Of a stretch of 64,000 nt of DNA, positions 1 through 11,795 are shown one piece after another. The stretch is from Heteronotia binoei (taxonomy: Eukaryota), in assembly GCF_032191835.1 (NCBI RefSeq), contig NC_083223.1, positions 123,752,001 through 123,816,000 of the forward strand, given 5' to 3'. Below the pieces are notes generated by a model, which searched no databases, was not told the DNA's origin, and saw only the letters and a program-made list of their open reading frames with translations. The translations under genes and the position numbers were made by a program. Positions within the stretch are counted from its first letter, which is position 1; every line of letters begins with the position of its first letter.

Positions 1-1175
1 AGTCAAAGAAAAACAAAACTCGAGGCACATTTATGCTGTTAGAGACTCAAATGGCAGTCTGCATAATGACACAAATAGTATTATATAATGCTTTGAACAA
101 TATTATAAAAAGCTTTATGATTATCAGAATGCAGAGCAATTAGAAAAATTTCTAAATCAAGCTATAACAGAACAAGAGGTAAGAGAGGCCATAAATCAAC
201 TCAAGAACAACAAAGCAGTAGGAAATGATGGATTCCCTGCAGAATTTTTTAAGACTTTTAAGAAGGAGTTATGTAAACCTTTTGTCGAGCTTAGTAATGA
301 TATCTTAAAAACAGGGAAGCTACCGTTTTCATGGACACCAACTAATACAATTCTGATACCAAAACCCAACAAGGACGCAACTACAGTCTCAGCATATCGC
401 CCAATTACATTACTAAAAGTTGATACAAATATCTTTTCAACTATATTAGCAAAAATGTTAAAACAGATTCTGCCACAGTATGTAAAGGAAGCTCAATCAG
501 GTTTTATTCCTCAGTGTAATATAATAAACAATTACGGAGAAAAAAAACACAATTATTGGCAGTATCTTTTGACATTGAAAAAGCTTTCGACAGCGTACAT
601 ACTGATTATATTCATAAGCTTTTGGATATTGTAGGTTTTGGACAACAATTTAAAACTGCTATTAGAGCTTTGTACCTAAATCCATCTACTAAATTAAAAA
701 TTAATGGGTCAACATCCAATTCTATACCGTTACGTCATGGGACAAGACAAGGGTGCCCTTTGTCACTGCTTTTGTTTATTTTAGCAATAGAGCCTCTTGC
801 AGAGTACATAAGAAATAACCAAAAGATTAAGGGGGTACAAATAAATTCAGATATACAAAAGTTTGCTCTATAAGCAGATGATATGATTTTATATCTTACA
901 AATCCATTTGAGTCTCTAAAGGAACTCTAAAAAGGTATCAAATTATTCAGTTTACATTCAGGACTCAAATTTAATGAAGAAAAGACCATTATGCATCCAA
1001 TAAATGTAAGGCAATCAGAATTAACCAAAATACAAACAGAATTTGGTTACAAAATGTCAAAAACTCCTTGGCGATATCTAGGAATATATATACCAAAAAT
1101 TACTAAAGATATATACCATTGCAACTTCATAAAGTTGCAAGACGAAATCAAAAGCTCATTAAAGAAGTGGGAAGG

Positions 1176-1304
1176 NNNNNNNNNNNNNNNNNNNNNNNNN
1201 NNNNNNNNNNNNNNNNNNNNNNNNNNNNNNNNNNNNNNNNNNNNNNNNNNNNNNNNNNNNNNNNNNNNNNNNNNNNNNNNNNNNNNNNNNNNNNNNNNNN
1301 NNNN
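1176..1304. other. Assembly gap (129 N)
   Basis: Run of N. Confidence 1.
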
Positions 1305-1636
1305 TATAAATCGAAATATAAGTGGAACTTAAAAATGCTCACTTGGAATGATAGGTTAAGTTTATTGAAAGCATACATTTTACCTAAGTATCTGTTTTTA
1401 TTTAGAGCTCTCCCTCTGTTAATTCCGTCAAAAACAATACAAGAGTGGCAAAGTCATCTAAACAATTTTTTTTGAACTATAAACGTCCACATATCAACTT
1501 TAAAACTATTAGTAGAACAGTTAATAGAGGTGGTATACCTTTTCCAAATTTAAGGTTATATTATGAATCAGTTCATATATCAATATTATTACGTGCAGCT
1601 ACTGAACAAAATCCACCAGCATTTATAGTCTTATAG

Positions 1637-2050
1637 TTTTGTTAAATTGAATTGCAGAAATTCACAGAACAACCAGAACATTCCACAGAACAATCAGCAC
1701 AGTCAACAACCATCTTCCTTATCTTCACACCCCTTCCAACCCTCCCAGCAATTAACACAGAACAATGGTCACATTCAACAGCCAGTTTCCTTATCACTAC
1801 CCTTCCAGGAAGCCCCACCAAACAATGGGCACATCCACAAACCTATTGCCCTTTCACCACACCCCCTCCAGCCTAGAAATAGCAGCTGTCCAGCAGCCCC
1901 GGCCTCACTCAATGCACAGCAGCCAAGAAGGTCAGAGTGCCTGCTCCGGCTGCAATGCCACTGAGGATGTTCTCCGCAGCCGAGAACGAAACGTCTGGAA
2001 GAAAAACTTTCTCCAGTAGAACTTGTGCCCAAAAGATTCTACAAACCCTA
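1637..2050 (+). mobile_element. 5'-truncated Penelope-like element 3' end inserted in the L1
   Basis: Non-L1 segment with three diverged ~55-70 bp repeats (QNNGHIQQP-like frame) ending in a hammerhead core typical of PLE termini; right boundary approximate (2020-2055). Confidence 0.7.
1958..1998 (+). ncRNA. Minimal type I hammerhead ribozyme motif
   Basis: CCA-CTGAGGA-T-GTTCTC-cgcagcc-GAGAAC-GAAAC-GTC-TGG: core, perfect 6-bp stem II, palindromic ACGT stem III, GUC triplet, CCA/TGG stem I. Confidence 0.8.
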
Positions 2051-3073
2051 ATGAGTTAGAACAGTTATTATATAAGGCTAAGGAACAAAAAGCAGGTTTT
2101 ATAACAGTAATGTACAAATTATTCAATAACTTAGAAGAAGAGACAAAAACTCTGTATCAAAAACAGTGGCATGCTGACCTGCAGAAAACATTAACAGATA
2201 CTGAATGGGATCACATCTGGAATTCACCTAGCTACACGTCAAATATTTTTCCAGTTCGTTTACAATTAATAAAAGTGTTAACTAGGTGGTATATGCCACC
2301 TTCTACTCTAAGCAGAATAGATCCTAAAATTTCATCATTACATTTTAAAAACTGTGGCCATTCCTCAAACTATTTACACAGTTGGTGGGCAAGCCCAAAA
2401 ATGCAAATCTATTGGACTAGCATAGTTAATAAAATAAATGAAATTTTGACAATAAATATACCATTTACTCCAGAAGCAGTTTTGTTAGATCTCTGGAATA
2501 TAACACAGGGTAATACTTCAAAGAAAGAAATTGGTTCAATTTTGTTAAATATAGCTAAAAGGTTAATTGCATCAAAATGGAAAGATGACAAGGTACCTAC
2601 CGTATCAATGTGGATAAATAAAATATGGGAATACTTTGTTTATACAAAATTGGCATTTGTAACATCAAATTGTTTTCCTGAAAAATGTATAAAAAAAGTT
2701 GTTAGACCATTGTTTCCGGTAATAGAATATTTATCTCTAAATGACATTATACCTAATAATTCTTTGTATGCTAATTTGATATACTTTTCAAGTTGGAAAC
2801 CATAAAAGAAATATATACTGAAAAATTTCAAAGGAAACCCTAATTTTTCATTATGTTAATACAGGGTTTGTGTTTTGTTTTGTATTTTATTTCACGATGT
2901 GTTATGTTATGTTAGATAATATAGGAATTTAATAAAAATGTTAATTAAAAAAAGTATACAGAAAAATATGACTTTTTAAAGTTAATCAAAAGAAGTAAAA
3001 CCCAAAATGGTCTAGTGACTGAATATGCTTCAGGAGGCACAGAAAGTTGAGACCAATTGAGAAACAATTAAAG

Positions 3074-3200
3074 CAGAGGTGTCCAACCTTTTGGCTTCCC
3101 TGGGCAGCATTGGAAGAAGAAGAAGAATAGTCTTGGGCCGCACATAAAATACACAAATGATAGCTGATGGTGAGCTAAAAAAGGTCCATGCATAATTTTT
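3074..3200 (+). mobile_element. hAT-Charlie MITE fragment, MER30-like (left half)
   Basis: cagaggtgtccaaccttttggcttccctggg...ggaagaagaagaatagtcttgggccgcacataaaatacac...gatagctgatg...gagctaaaaaa matches the MER30 left end as I recall it. Confidence 0.7.
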
Positions 3201-3539
3201 GCAATATCTGTCACCACACATAAGCAGAAGGTGGGTGGTGGTGGGGAATCAGTATAAAACCCCATTCCTTCCCTCCCAGAAACACAGGGCCTTAATGTCC
3301 TTTCTGCTTCCAAGTCCTGCTACAGATGGCCCAGAGCCAGGCCAGGCAATGCACTAAGCCAGGAGTAGGACTGGGAAATGTCTAGCCTGGGGTATGCAGC
3401 AGCCAGCAGCAGACCACCAGGCTACCTCAGTCACCCACCTCAACAATAAAGAAAAAAAAAAGCATAACATCAAAAAGGGCAGAAAGATACTGGCTAGATA
3501 TTGGGGAGGTGGGTGGGGCCATACAGGAGGTGGGGCCAT

Positions 3540-3760
3540 CTAGTCCAACCTCCTGCTTAGTGCCTCTGGAACTGCACATAGTACTTCATGTATGACCTGA
3601 TCAATGCGGTGTGCAGCAGGACTATAACATATTGCGATTTGGATGTTATGCCTCTGCTGATATACCCTAAGACTGCACTAACCTTTTTTGCTGCTGCATC
3701 ACAGTGAATGCTCATATTTAGCTTACAGTCCACCCATACCCGAACATCTTGTTCATACAC
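3540..3760 (-). mobile_element. CR1 LINE RT C-terminal fragment
   Basis: ORF 3557-3760: DCKLNMSIHCDAAAKK...LGYISRGITS...LIRSYMKYYVQF, homologous to ORF 22563-23189. Confidence 0.88.
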
Positions 3761-4621
3761 ACACTGCTACCCAGAAGTGTGTCCCCCATTCAGTATGTGT
3801 GCTTCCCATTTTTGTTACACGGATGTAGAACTCTGCATTTATCCTTGTTGCATATCTTATTCATATCCACCCACTTTTCTCATGTGTTCAGATCTAATTG
3901 AAATCTATATCTTCCAGTTATGGCATGGAAAATAACATCACCTGGTATATATCATTCTATTAAGCTTCCATTAAAGGGGCAAGACATTTTTTTTCCTCCA
4001 GGCATTTGGCAACTCTAACTAAGTATAGTTGTTCCTCTCAGTAATGAAAAGCTGAGGGCAGTTGATTACCTTGGAAGAAAGGGGGAGGAGAATAATCAGA
4101 AGAGGATGGGTAATTGGTCTGCTCAATTTCCTAAGAAATTATTCTTGAAGAGGAAATTTGAGGCAGGGAGACAATATCCTCTCACAATCCCTTTTAGGTT
4201 TTCATGTTATTTGATAGTAAAGTCTCTAATTCTATACAAATCATTACAATAGCAAAACATGGTTACCCACAAACTAGGAGGCATCTGCATAGCTGTGGAA
4301 AAACCCCTCCCAATATGGAAAAGCATGGCCATCATCTCCCAGTGGGGCATTCCAAGTAGACAGATAGATATGGTAGGAATTTCTGTTCACTTTGGACACT
4401 TCCAAGGTATGCAGAAAATATTAGTATTTAAACAAACAAATAATAACAAGAACCTTCCTCCAAAACTGCCTGTTAAGCATTGAGAATACCGATTGCCTTA
4501 TGATCCAAGGAATGTTGAAGGTACTTTAGCATCTGATAAAAATAATGGTGGAAAGGGGACAGGGGAGGGACTTGGTCTGCTTAACCTTGTAATAGTTTGT
4601 GCTATCCAGCTTGGTGTAGTG

Positions 4622-4900
4622 AGAGCCAGTTTGGTGTAGTGGTTAAGTGCGTGGACTCTTATCTGGAAGAACTGGGTTTGATTCCCCACTCCTCCACTTG
4701 CACCTGCTGGAATGGCCTTGGGTTAGCCATAGCTCCGGCAGAGGTTGTTCTTGAAAGGGCAGCTGCTGTGAGAGCCCTCTCAGCCCCACCCACCTCACAG
4801 TGTGTCTGTTGTGGGGGGAGAAGATATAGGAGATTGTAAGCCGCTCTGAGTCTCTGATTCAGGGAGAAGGGCGGGGTATAAATCTGCAATTCTTCTTCTT
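4622..4900 (+). mobile_element. tRNA-derived squamate SINE with L2-like tail (Squam-type)
   Basis: A box ggtgtagtggtt, B box ggtttgattccc, body, gggcggggtataaat and (TCT)n tail; homologues at 6313, 8166, 54521. Confidence 0.88.
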
Positions 4901-5639
4901 CTATCCTGGAGGTGAAGATCAGAGTCAGGGGATGCAGTGAGCCACAGAATACTGAAGCATAGAGTCTCCAAATGTATGGCTTTTCTAAAACTAAATTCTG
5001 AAATCCTGAACAATGTATTTCTAGGAGCTAGATTACTCTTACACACTGGAAAAAAAATACAGATTTATAGTATCTCAGTGTAAGAGCATGTATTGGAAAT
5101 GTACTATTTGAAACTAAAGTTTCTAAAAATGTGTAATGCCTGCCAGCAACCAGGCTAAATCAAAGCAGCATAGTCACTCCTGATCTTTTCTGGCTATTAT
5201 GATGAGATAGTCTCTCACACTTAAGGGTAAGCATCTAAATCAAGTTTTATGAGAACTGCCAACTAGCTCTGTGTCTTTAATAGCAGGAAGAAAATCAACA
5301 AGTTGTGCTTATTAAGGCATTTCCATCACAGAATTTTTGTTGTTGCTTGTAATATAGGTTGCTAAATACTTGGGAACCCTAATTCTTGTGCCAAATTTAC
5401 CATTGAGCCAGGATTTTGGATTTTACTGGGATAAGGGAAAGAAGGCTTCATGGTGCTTTTAAAACAGATTTGTAAATAGCCAGTAATTTATTCACCCAGA
5501 ACAAGTAAGAATTGCATCCAAATTGACAAAGCAGATTTTTTAAAAATATAATTTTTGAAGAGTTTGTGCTTTTCCATCTGTTCAGTCATATCCGTGTATC
5601 TCATTTGGTGAACAGAAGAAGAGTTGCTTTTTATACTCT

Positions 5640-5770
5640 GCCTTGGGCGGCAGAGCTCCACACACCGGGCCTGCAAAGAGGTCTCCCATTAAAGTACTTG
5701 CCAGAGTCAACCCTGCTTAAGCTTCTGAGATCTGACGAGATCAGGCTTGCCTGGGCTATCCAGATCAGGG
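5640..5770 (-). mobile_element. 5S rRNA-derived SINE (SINE3-type) fragment
   Basis: Reverse complement cctgatctcgtcagatctcagaagcttaagcaggg...agtactttaatgggagacc aligns to the 5S rRNA internal promoter region. Confidence 0.82.
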
Positions 5771-6211
5771 GAAACAGCCTCCATAAGTTTTGTTCACAGA
5801 TTGGACAGAACACAAGCAGGTTGAAGGGTATGGTTCTCCTTTCCATGCATATTGGTAGAATGGCTTTAAATATTGGATAGCTAAAATTCTCAGTGCTCAG
5901 AGATCCATCCATATAATAATATGAGGCAGTTCAGTGCTTTACAATGTCGACTCTTAAACAATTCCTGTCTTACATTTTCCTACTTTCCAAGCACTTTATG
6001 TCACTTTAAATACTATGTGATTAATACATTCTTAAGGATGAAATGTTAACTTTTGAACACGTGCATAACAATACTTCAATAAAAAAAAAACCCTCAGGGT
6101 TCTGTTTGCTTTCTATGATAGCTGACTTTATCATGTTGAAGAACATGCACCTTCATCTACTGCCCACATTGATACAACAGCTACAGTCCTAAACATCTAG
6201 GTGTACTAGTG

Positions 6212-6708
6212 CAGGGGTCCCCAACCCCCGGTCCGTGGACTAGTCCTGGTCTGTGGCCTGTTAGCAACCGGGCCATGAGTTGTATAATTATTTCATTATA
6301 TATTACAATGTAGTCAGAAGGAGAAGAGGAAGAAGATGATGACAATGTAATTGGATTTATATCCTGCCCTCCACTCTGAATCTGAGAGTCCCAGAGCGGC
6401 TCACAATCTCCTTTACCTTCCTCCTCCACAACAGACACCCTGTGAGGTGAGTGGGGCTGACAGAGCTCTCCTCAGAAGCTGCCCTTTCAAGGACAACTCT
6501 GTGAGAGTTAGGGCAGCTGCAAGTGGAGGAGTGGGAAATCAAACCTGGTTCTCCCAGATAGGAGTCTGCACATTTAACCACCACACCAAACTAATAAGAA
6601 TAAAGTGCATAATTATATTATCCCAAAACCATCACATGCTCCCACCCCAGTGGAAAAATTGTCTTCCACAAAACCTGTCCCTGGTGCCAAAAAGGTTGGG
6701 GACCACTG
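6212..6708 (+). mobile_element. hAT-Charlie MITE, MER1-like, carrying a nested SINE
   Basis: Termini caggggtccccaacc / ggttggggaccactg; 8-bp TSD TACTAGTG / TATTAGTG. Confidence 0.85.
6313..6592 (-). mobile_element. tRNA-derived SINE inserted in the MER1-like MITE
   Basis: Reverse complement of the 4622 family; GAA/GAT tail at the left end. Confidence 0.85.
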
Positions 6709-7827
6709 TATTAGTGGAATTGCAAATGGGTTTTAGATCTAGGGTATTTTCTTAAATGTTTATTATAGATTCAGAAATTATATTGCTATACAAAAGTTTT
6801 AAATATTTTCTCCTCCAGATAGAGGATTCTCAGCAGCCTCCACTTCTATAAATGTCTGCTTTCAATCTAATCTATCACTGTGTTTGGTAGATTTTTTTTC
6901 TTGCCTTATCATTTCTCCCAGTCTTGTCTTATCTATATCATCCTGCTGCAGTCATAAGATTTCATTGCCTGATTATTCACCTTCTCTTGAAAGGCTTTAA
7001 TAAATACATTTAGCAAACAGTTCTTATTGATCTCCAGGGTATCTCCTATTAAATTCTATCCTATTATGCAATTCAAACATGCTTGTACTGTTTTTGCTCC
7101 CCTTCCTGTACACCTGAACTAAAATTTAATCCATGGTAATTAAAAGACATTCACCTCTGTTTATTTTTTACTTACTGACTTTAAAAGTAGTGTGTTATGA
7201 AGGACTTGAATAAACATTTCAGTCTTTAGAAAGCTATGGTGTCTTATGGAGAAAATATGCAATGCAAAAACACAAAACTGGTGTCAAATTAGTATTCCTG
7301 AGATATCTCTTTTCCCCTCTGTTATGTATAAAGCTTACCCTATCTTCTGACATCATCATGAGCATTTCCTCAGTTTCCACTCAGCTTTATTAACTGCCAT
7401 TGGTATATGTAAGAAAAGCACAGCAAGATGACATCAAGACATGAGTTAGATTTTACTGTACATTATTGAGATAACTTGAAATGCAGATGCCATTTTCAGT
7501 GGCATCCTGCTATTTCTCAAAAGGTACAATTCCTCTGTTAGACCAATTTATTTGGTGGCACAAACTTTCACAGGCAGAGCTATTCCATCAAATTCCTACA
7601 AAACTCACGGCTTACTAATTTAATTTTCTTTTGCTGTTGCAGACTCAAGTATTATAACTCTGTTCCTCACTTAGCCTGTTTTAGATACTGCTATCAAAAT
7701 GCTTTCTGGAAGTACAGAAGAACAGTTTTTAGAATAAAACATATTTGAGTTATGATTTATAGTTCATTAGGATATCTCCAGAATGCATGTGTTACTGCCA
7801 TGACTTGTTAGCAGTATATTGAAAGTA

Positions 7828-8043
7828 AGGGTTGCCAGGTCTATGTTGGAAAATATCTGGAGACTTTGGGGGTGGATCCAGGAAGGGTGGGATTTGGGGA
7901 AGAGAGGGGCCTCAACATGGTACAATGCCATAGAGCCCACCCTTCAAAGCAGCCATTTTCTCCAGGGGAGCTGATCTCTGACCGCTGGAGATTAGTTGTA
8001 AAAGTGGGAATCTTCTGGCTTCACCTGGAGGCTGAAAACCCTA
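7828..8043. mobile_element. Non-autonomous DNA element with AGGGTTGCCA-type termini
   Basis: agggttgccagg start, gaaaacccta end; related fragments near 4000, 15800-15905 and 33676. Confidence 0.6.
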
Positions 8044-8125
8044 TCAATATTTGGTATGGATTCAGGTGGGTAGTCATGTTGGACTGAAGCACTAGAATAA
8101 TTGCCTTCACTTCCTCTCCCCATTA

Positions 8126-8585
8126 GTCACCTTGTGAGGCAGTGGGGCTGAGGGAGTTCTGATTTTGGTGTAGTGGTTAAATGTGCGGACTCTTGTATGG
8201 GAGAACTGGGTTTGATTCCCCACTCCTCCACTTGCAGCTGCTGAAATGGCCTTGGGTCAGCCATAGCTCTGGCAGAGGTTGTCTGCTGTAAGAGCTCTCT
8301 CAGCCCCACATACCTCACAGGGTGTCTTTTGTGGAGGGTAGGAAGGTAAAGGAGATTACCACTCAGACTCTGATATCATCATCATCATCATCGTCTTCTT
8401 CATCGTCATCATCATCGTCATCATCATCGTCGTCGTCATCATCACCTTCTTCTTCCTCTTCTTCTTTGACTGTGATTGGCCCAAAGTTACTCAGCAGGCT
8501 TCATGTGAAATGGAGAAGTAGGGGATCAAGCCTGGTTCTTCAGGCAAGAGTCTGCTGCTCTTAACCACTATACCACACTGGCTCC
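8126..8585 (-). mobile_element. SINE (minus) split by a plus-strand SINE (about 8166-8466)
   Basis: Outer halves 8126-8165 and 8467-8585 are the reverse complement of a tRNA-SINE; inner copy is the 4622 family. Confidence 0.7.
8373..8466. repeat. (TCA/TCG/TCT)n compound microsatellite at the SINE 3' tail
   Basis: Directly visible. Confidence 0.95.
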
Positions 8586-11564
8586 TATGTGTGAACTGTA
8601 CTGAGAGAAGTGAAACTGCCCCTCCTCTCTCTTCTGTTAGTGAATCTATGATGTGGAAGATAGGGTGATTTGCCTCACCTCCATCACTGTATACCTTGAC
8701 CCCACTGCCTCTTTGTTCACCTAGGTCCTATCTGCATTTGCTGGTACCTTCCACTGAAATTTCATCTATGGCATCAAAAGTCCGCAAAGGTCATATTGTA
8801 CTCTCATTCAGATGTTGTTCAGATAGTGCTTGCTTCTGGAGATGTCTAATCTGTTTTCTCTTAATCTGGTCCACCCTTTCATTTTGTAGCATGATTATGT
8901 TATAAATTATATAGCTGCCTGAGCAAGACTCTGCCATCTTCCTATGTATGAAACAGGTAGAAAGAGGAACATAAGCAATTTCATGCTGGATCAGATCAAA
9001 GATCAATCTAGTCTTGCATATTATTTCTCAGAGTAGCCAGCCATCTGTTTCCAGAAAGGGACAACCATGGAATGTAAACAATAGACTTCCCTGTGGTGTT
9101 GGACCCCACCAACTTGTGCTCAGAAATGTTATATGTGAACATCAAGCATTTGTTAGTTACTATAGTGAATTCATATCAATAGATATATCCTCTGTGAGTT
9201 TGTTCAGTCACTGTTTAAAGCCATAAGAGCTAGTGGCCATCACAACTGGGTATATCCACATCTTTTTGTGATGGGGAATAGAAAAGAGAAAAATGAGAAA
9301 GACAAGGATCAGATCTGCTCAGCTTGTTTTAATTCAGTCTAATTTACATCACATAATAGCTTTGAGGATAAAAGGGCACAAACAATGGGTGAGATCACAC
9401 TGGAGATTAGGAGCGGCATTATCCCAGCTCTGAAAAAACTGGTTCTATTTTATCCGTGCTCTGGCATTCATACAGGCCCCTGTCCTGCTGCCAGGAGAGG
9501 CATGGGCTGCATATGTGCAAGAGGAGTCTTCAGACTCCTCATGCACATGCTGGGTGGGTGCAGGGCAGGTGCAGTGGGTGCCCAGCCCTTCAGACAGCCG
9601 GGAAATGCACCCTACATACAGTTTATAGGTTTGTTACCTGGAAGTCCCTGGTAGCTATTTAATCTGGTCCCAGCCCATCCTCAGATAAGGTAGGTGAGGG
9701 TGGGCCTGGGGAGGAAGATGTGCTCATGTGATTGAGCACATTAAATTGGGATGGGAGGCATGGCTTGGTTGGGCCAAATATCTCATGTGATCGCACTCAA
9801 TGTGTGTCGTCGACCTTGGGCAAAATGTGGGTTGCAGAGTACTGCTTTAAAATATTAAATCTGTTTTTACCCCAAAACCCCAAGATCTCACCACAGATAA
9901 TATGACCTTTTCTGCACACTCAACTTAATTTTCTTGGAAGTTGATCCACAAGCACCGGAATTGGGTTGGGCATGGTTCCTCTGCACATCTGCCTTCCCTG
10001 TGAATTTTCACAGTTCCAGTTTTTTCTTCTGCACATGCCTTCAATAATAAGGATTTTCAAGGGAGGTTGCAGTCATCATTGGTGTTATCATTGTTGGCAT
10101 CACAGCACCCCCCCTATTTTTTTTTTTAAAACAGACTAAAATATCAATGTATCTATATAGTGTTGTAATGAGAGTTTAAGCAGGTTCTCTTAATTCCCAG
10201 TGTTCATTTTAAAAAGTCTTCAGTCCCTTCTCTTGTGGAGATATAAGGGAAAAGGTGTATCTCCACAAGGGTGAAACCACTCATCCTCAGGGCAGGGAGA
10301 GAAGAGAGGGAGTGGTTTGTCAATGACTACAGTCTGATCACTGAAAGGTGGGCTGGAGGCAGGGCCAGATTAACCATTAGCCCTAGAAAGCACCTGCCTA
10401 TGGGCCCCCACACCTTTAGGGGCCCTGGGCTAGCTTTTCCCCCTGCTTTCAGCCCTCACAACCTTTTTTGTCAGCAGAGAGTTGCCGATGTCCTTGTCGA
10501 CTCCCTTGGTCAAGTGACAGGTGGAGCCTGATGGGGCGACACACAAAGCCCACCTCCTCTCCACCCTGGACAGAAGGTGCTTGCTTGGGCAGCCACCTGC
10601 CCTCTCTCCAGCCAGCTTGTGGGAAGAAAGTGAGGCGATCCCTCAGCCATGCACTGCCCCTTCCCAGCACTGCCAGGAGAGTGACCAACATGACAACCTG
10701 GTGAGCAGCAGGCAATCCAAGAACAAGAACTGAGCTGGGGGACTGGAAAGATGGCATGTTAAGGGGAGGAGACCCCCAATCTTTGAGAGGTTTTATTTCA
10801 CCCCCCCCCCCCCCCGGCAGGGCTTGTCTTTTTGCAAGCAATGCAGTTTGCATTGCAAGCAATTTTGGGATTTTGTTGTTGCATTGCAATCTAATCCCCT
10901 GCTTTTTTTTTTAATCTGTCTTTGCTCCCCCCGCCACCCCAAGCCTTGGACTGCTTCTTTTTGATGGAAGTGAGGAGGCAGCTTCCTGGTGTGATCACTC
11001 AGCTGGGCAGGAGGCGGCTCCGAGGTGCCTCCAGACTCACCTGCTGCTGGGACCCCCTCCTCTTCCTCCTCCTGACATTGCCAGCCTTTTTGCTATGGGA
11101 GAAGTGAGGAAAGTGCATCTCTTCTTGTGCCCCTCCTTACCCTGCCTTCTCTGATGAAAATGGATCTGGATTTGCTAATGACTCTCATGAATGATGCAGC
11201 AGGGATCAAACCAGATTGGGAGGCAATGTTGCTGGCACTGGGGCAACTCTTGGCTAAGCAGAACGGGCCCTCCCTCCAGAAAGGAGGATTTTGTGCTGCT
11301 CTCCCGGGAGAGCCCTGTGCCCCAAAGGAACGGGATATTAATATCTCTGAGCAATGCTGAAAATCTGGCTGTTTGGCACTTCCCAATGAAAGGGAACCTC
11401 CAGTTGCAGAGATAATCAATCTCTGAATTCCAGGCAACAATGCCTTGGCCTCTATGCCTTCCAGGGCAACTAGTTGGCCAGTGTAAGCCAGGATGCTGGA
11501 CACCCTGAACAATCAATAAACCAGTTACAAAATATGATAATGCTTTTGTTTATTCCTCTGCTTT

Positions 11565-11795
11565 AATCTATTTCATTTATACCTGCCTTTCTCTCTAATG
11601 GGGACCCAAGGCAGCTCACAGCATTCTGTTCTCCATTTTAGCCTCACAAGAACAATAACTGTGAGGTGGGTTAGGCTGAGAGTTCATGATTGACCCCCGA
11701 CCACCTGACAAGCTTCAATGGCAAAGCATGGATTCAAACCCAGCTCCCCTCCCCTTCACCCCCAGCTCTAACCACCACACAACCCTGGCTCTCAG
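11565..11795 (-). mobile_element. Older tRNA/CORE-like SINE with L2 tail
   Basis: tttatacctgcctttct...cctcacaagaacaataactgtgaggtgggttaggctgagag...ggattcaaaccc...ctctaaccaccacac; homologues at about 14110-14275 (+) and 21945-22160 (-). Confidence 0.72.

Larger units (their letters stand above)
1..2953 (+). mobile_element. L1-clade LINE, decayed ORF2 (RT and C-terminal domain) with 3' UTR; continues off the left edge
   Basis: RT motifs (FDIEKAFD, GTRQGCPLS, [Y]ADD, YLGI) in broken frames 556-1332; C-terminal HCWW-like region in 2023-2805; AATAAA at 2931 followed by short A-tail. Confidence 0.93.

Noticed and set aside
1658-1930. AG/GT-bounded, 273-nt open Q/P-rich 'host exon' inside the L1
   Set aside because: It lies directly upstream of a Penelope-type hammerhead and is better explained as the end of a PLE
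4622-4700. tRNA gene
   Set aside because: A/B boxes only; no cloverleaf; it is a SINE head
5660-5770. 5S rRNA gene
   Set aside because: Partial, diverged and fused to a SINE body; same for the other copies
8322-8564. Poly-serine ORF
   Set aside because: Translation of the TCN microsatellite
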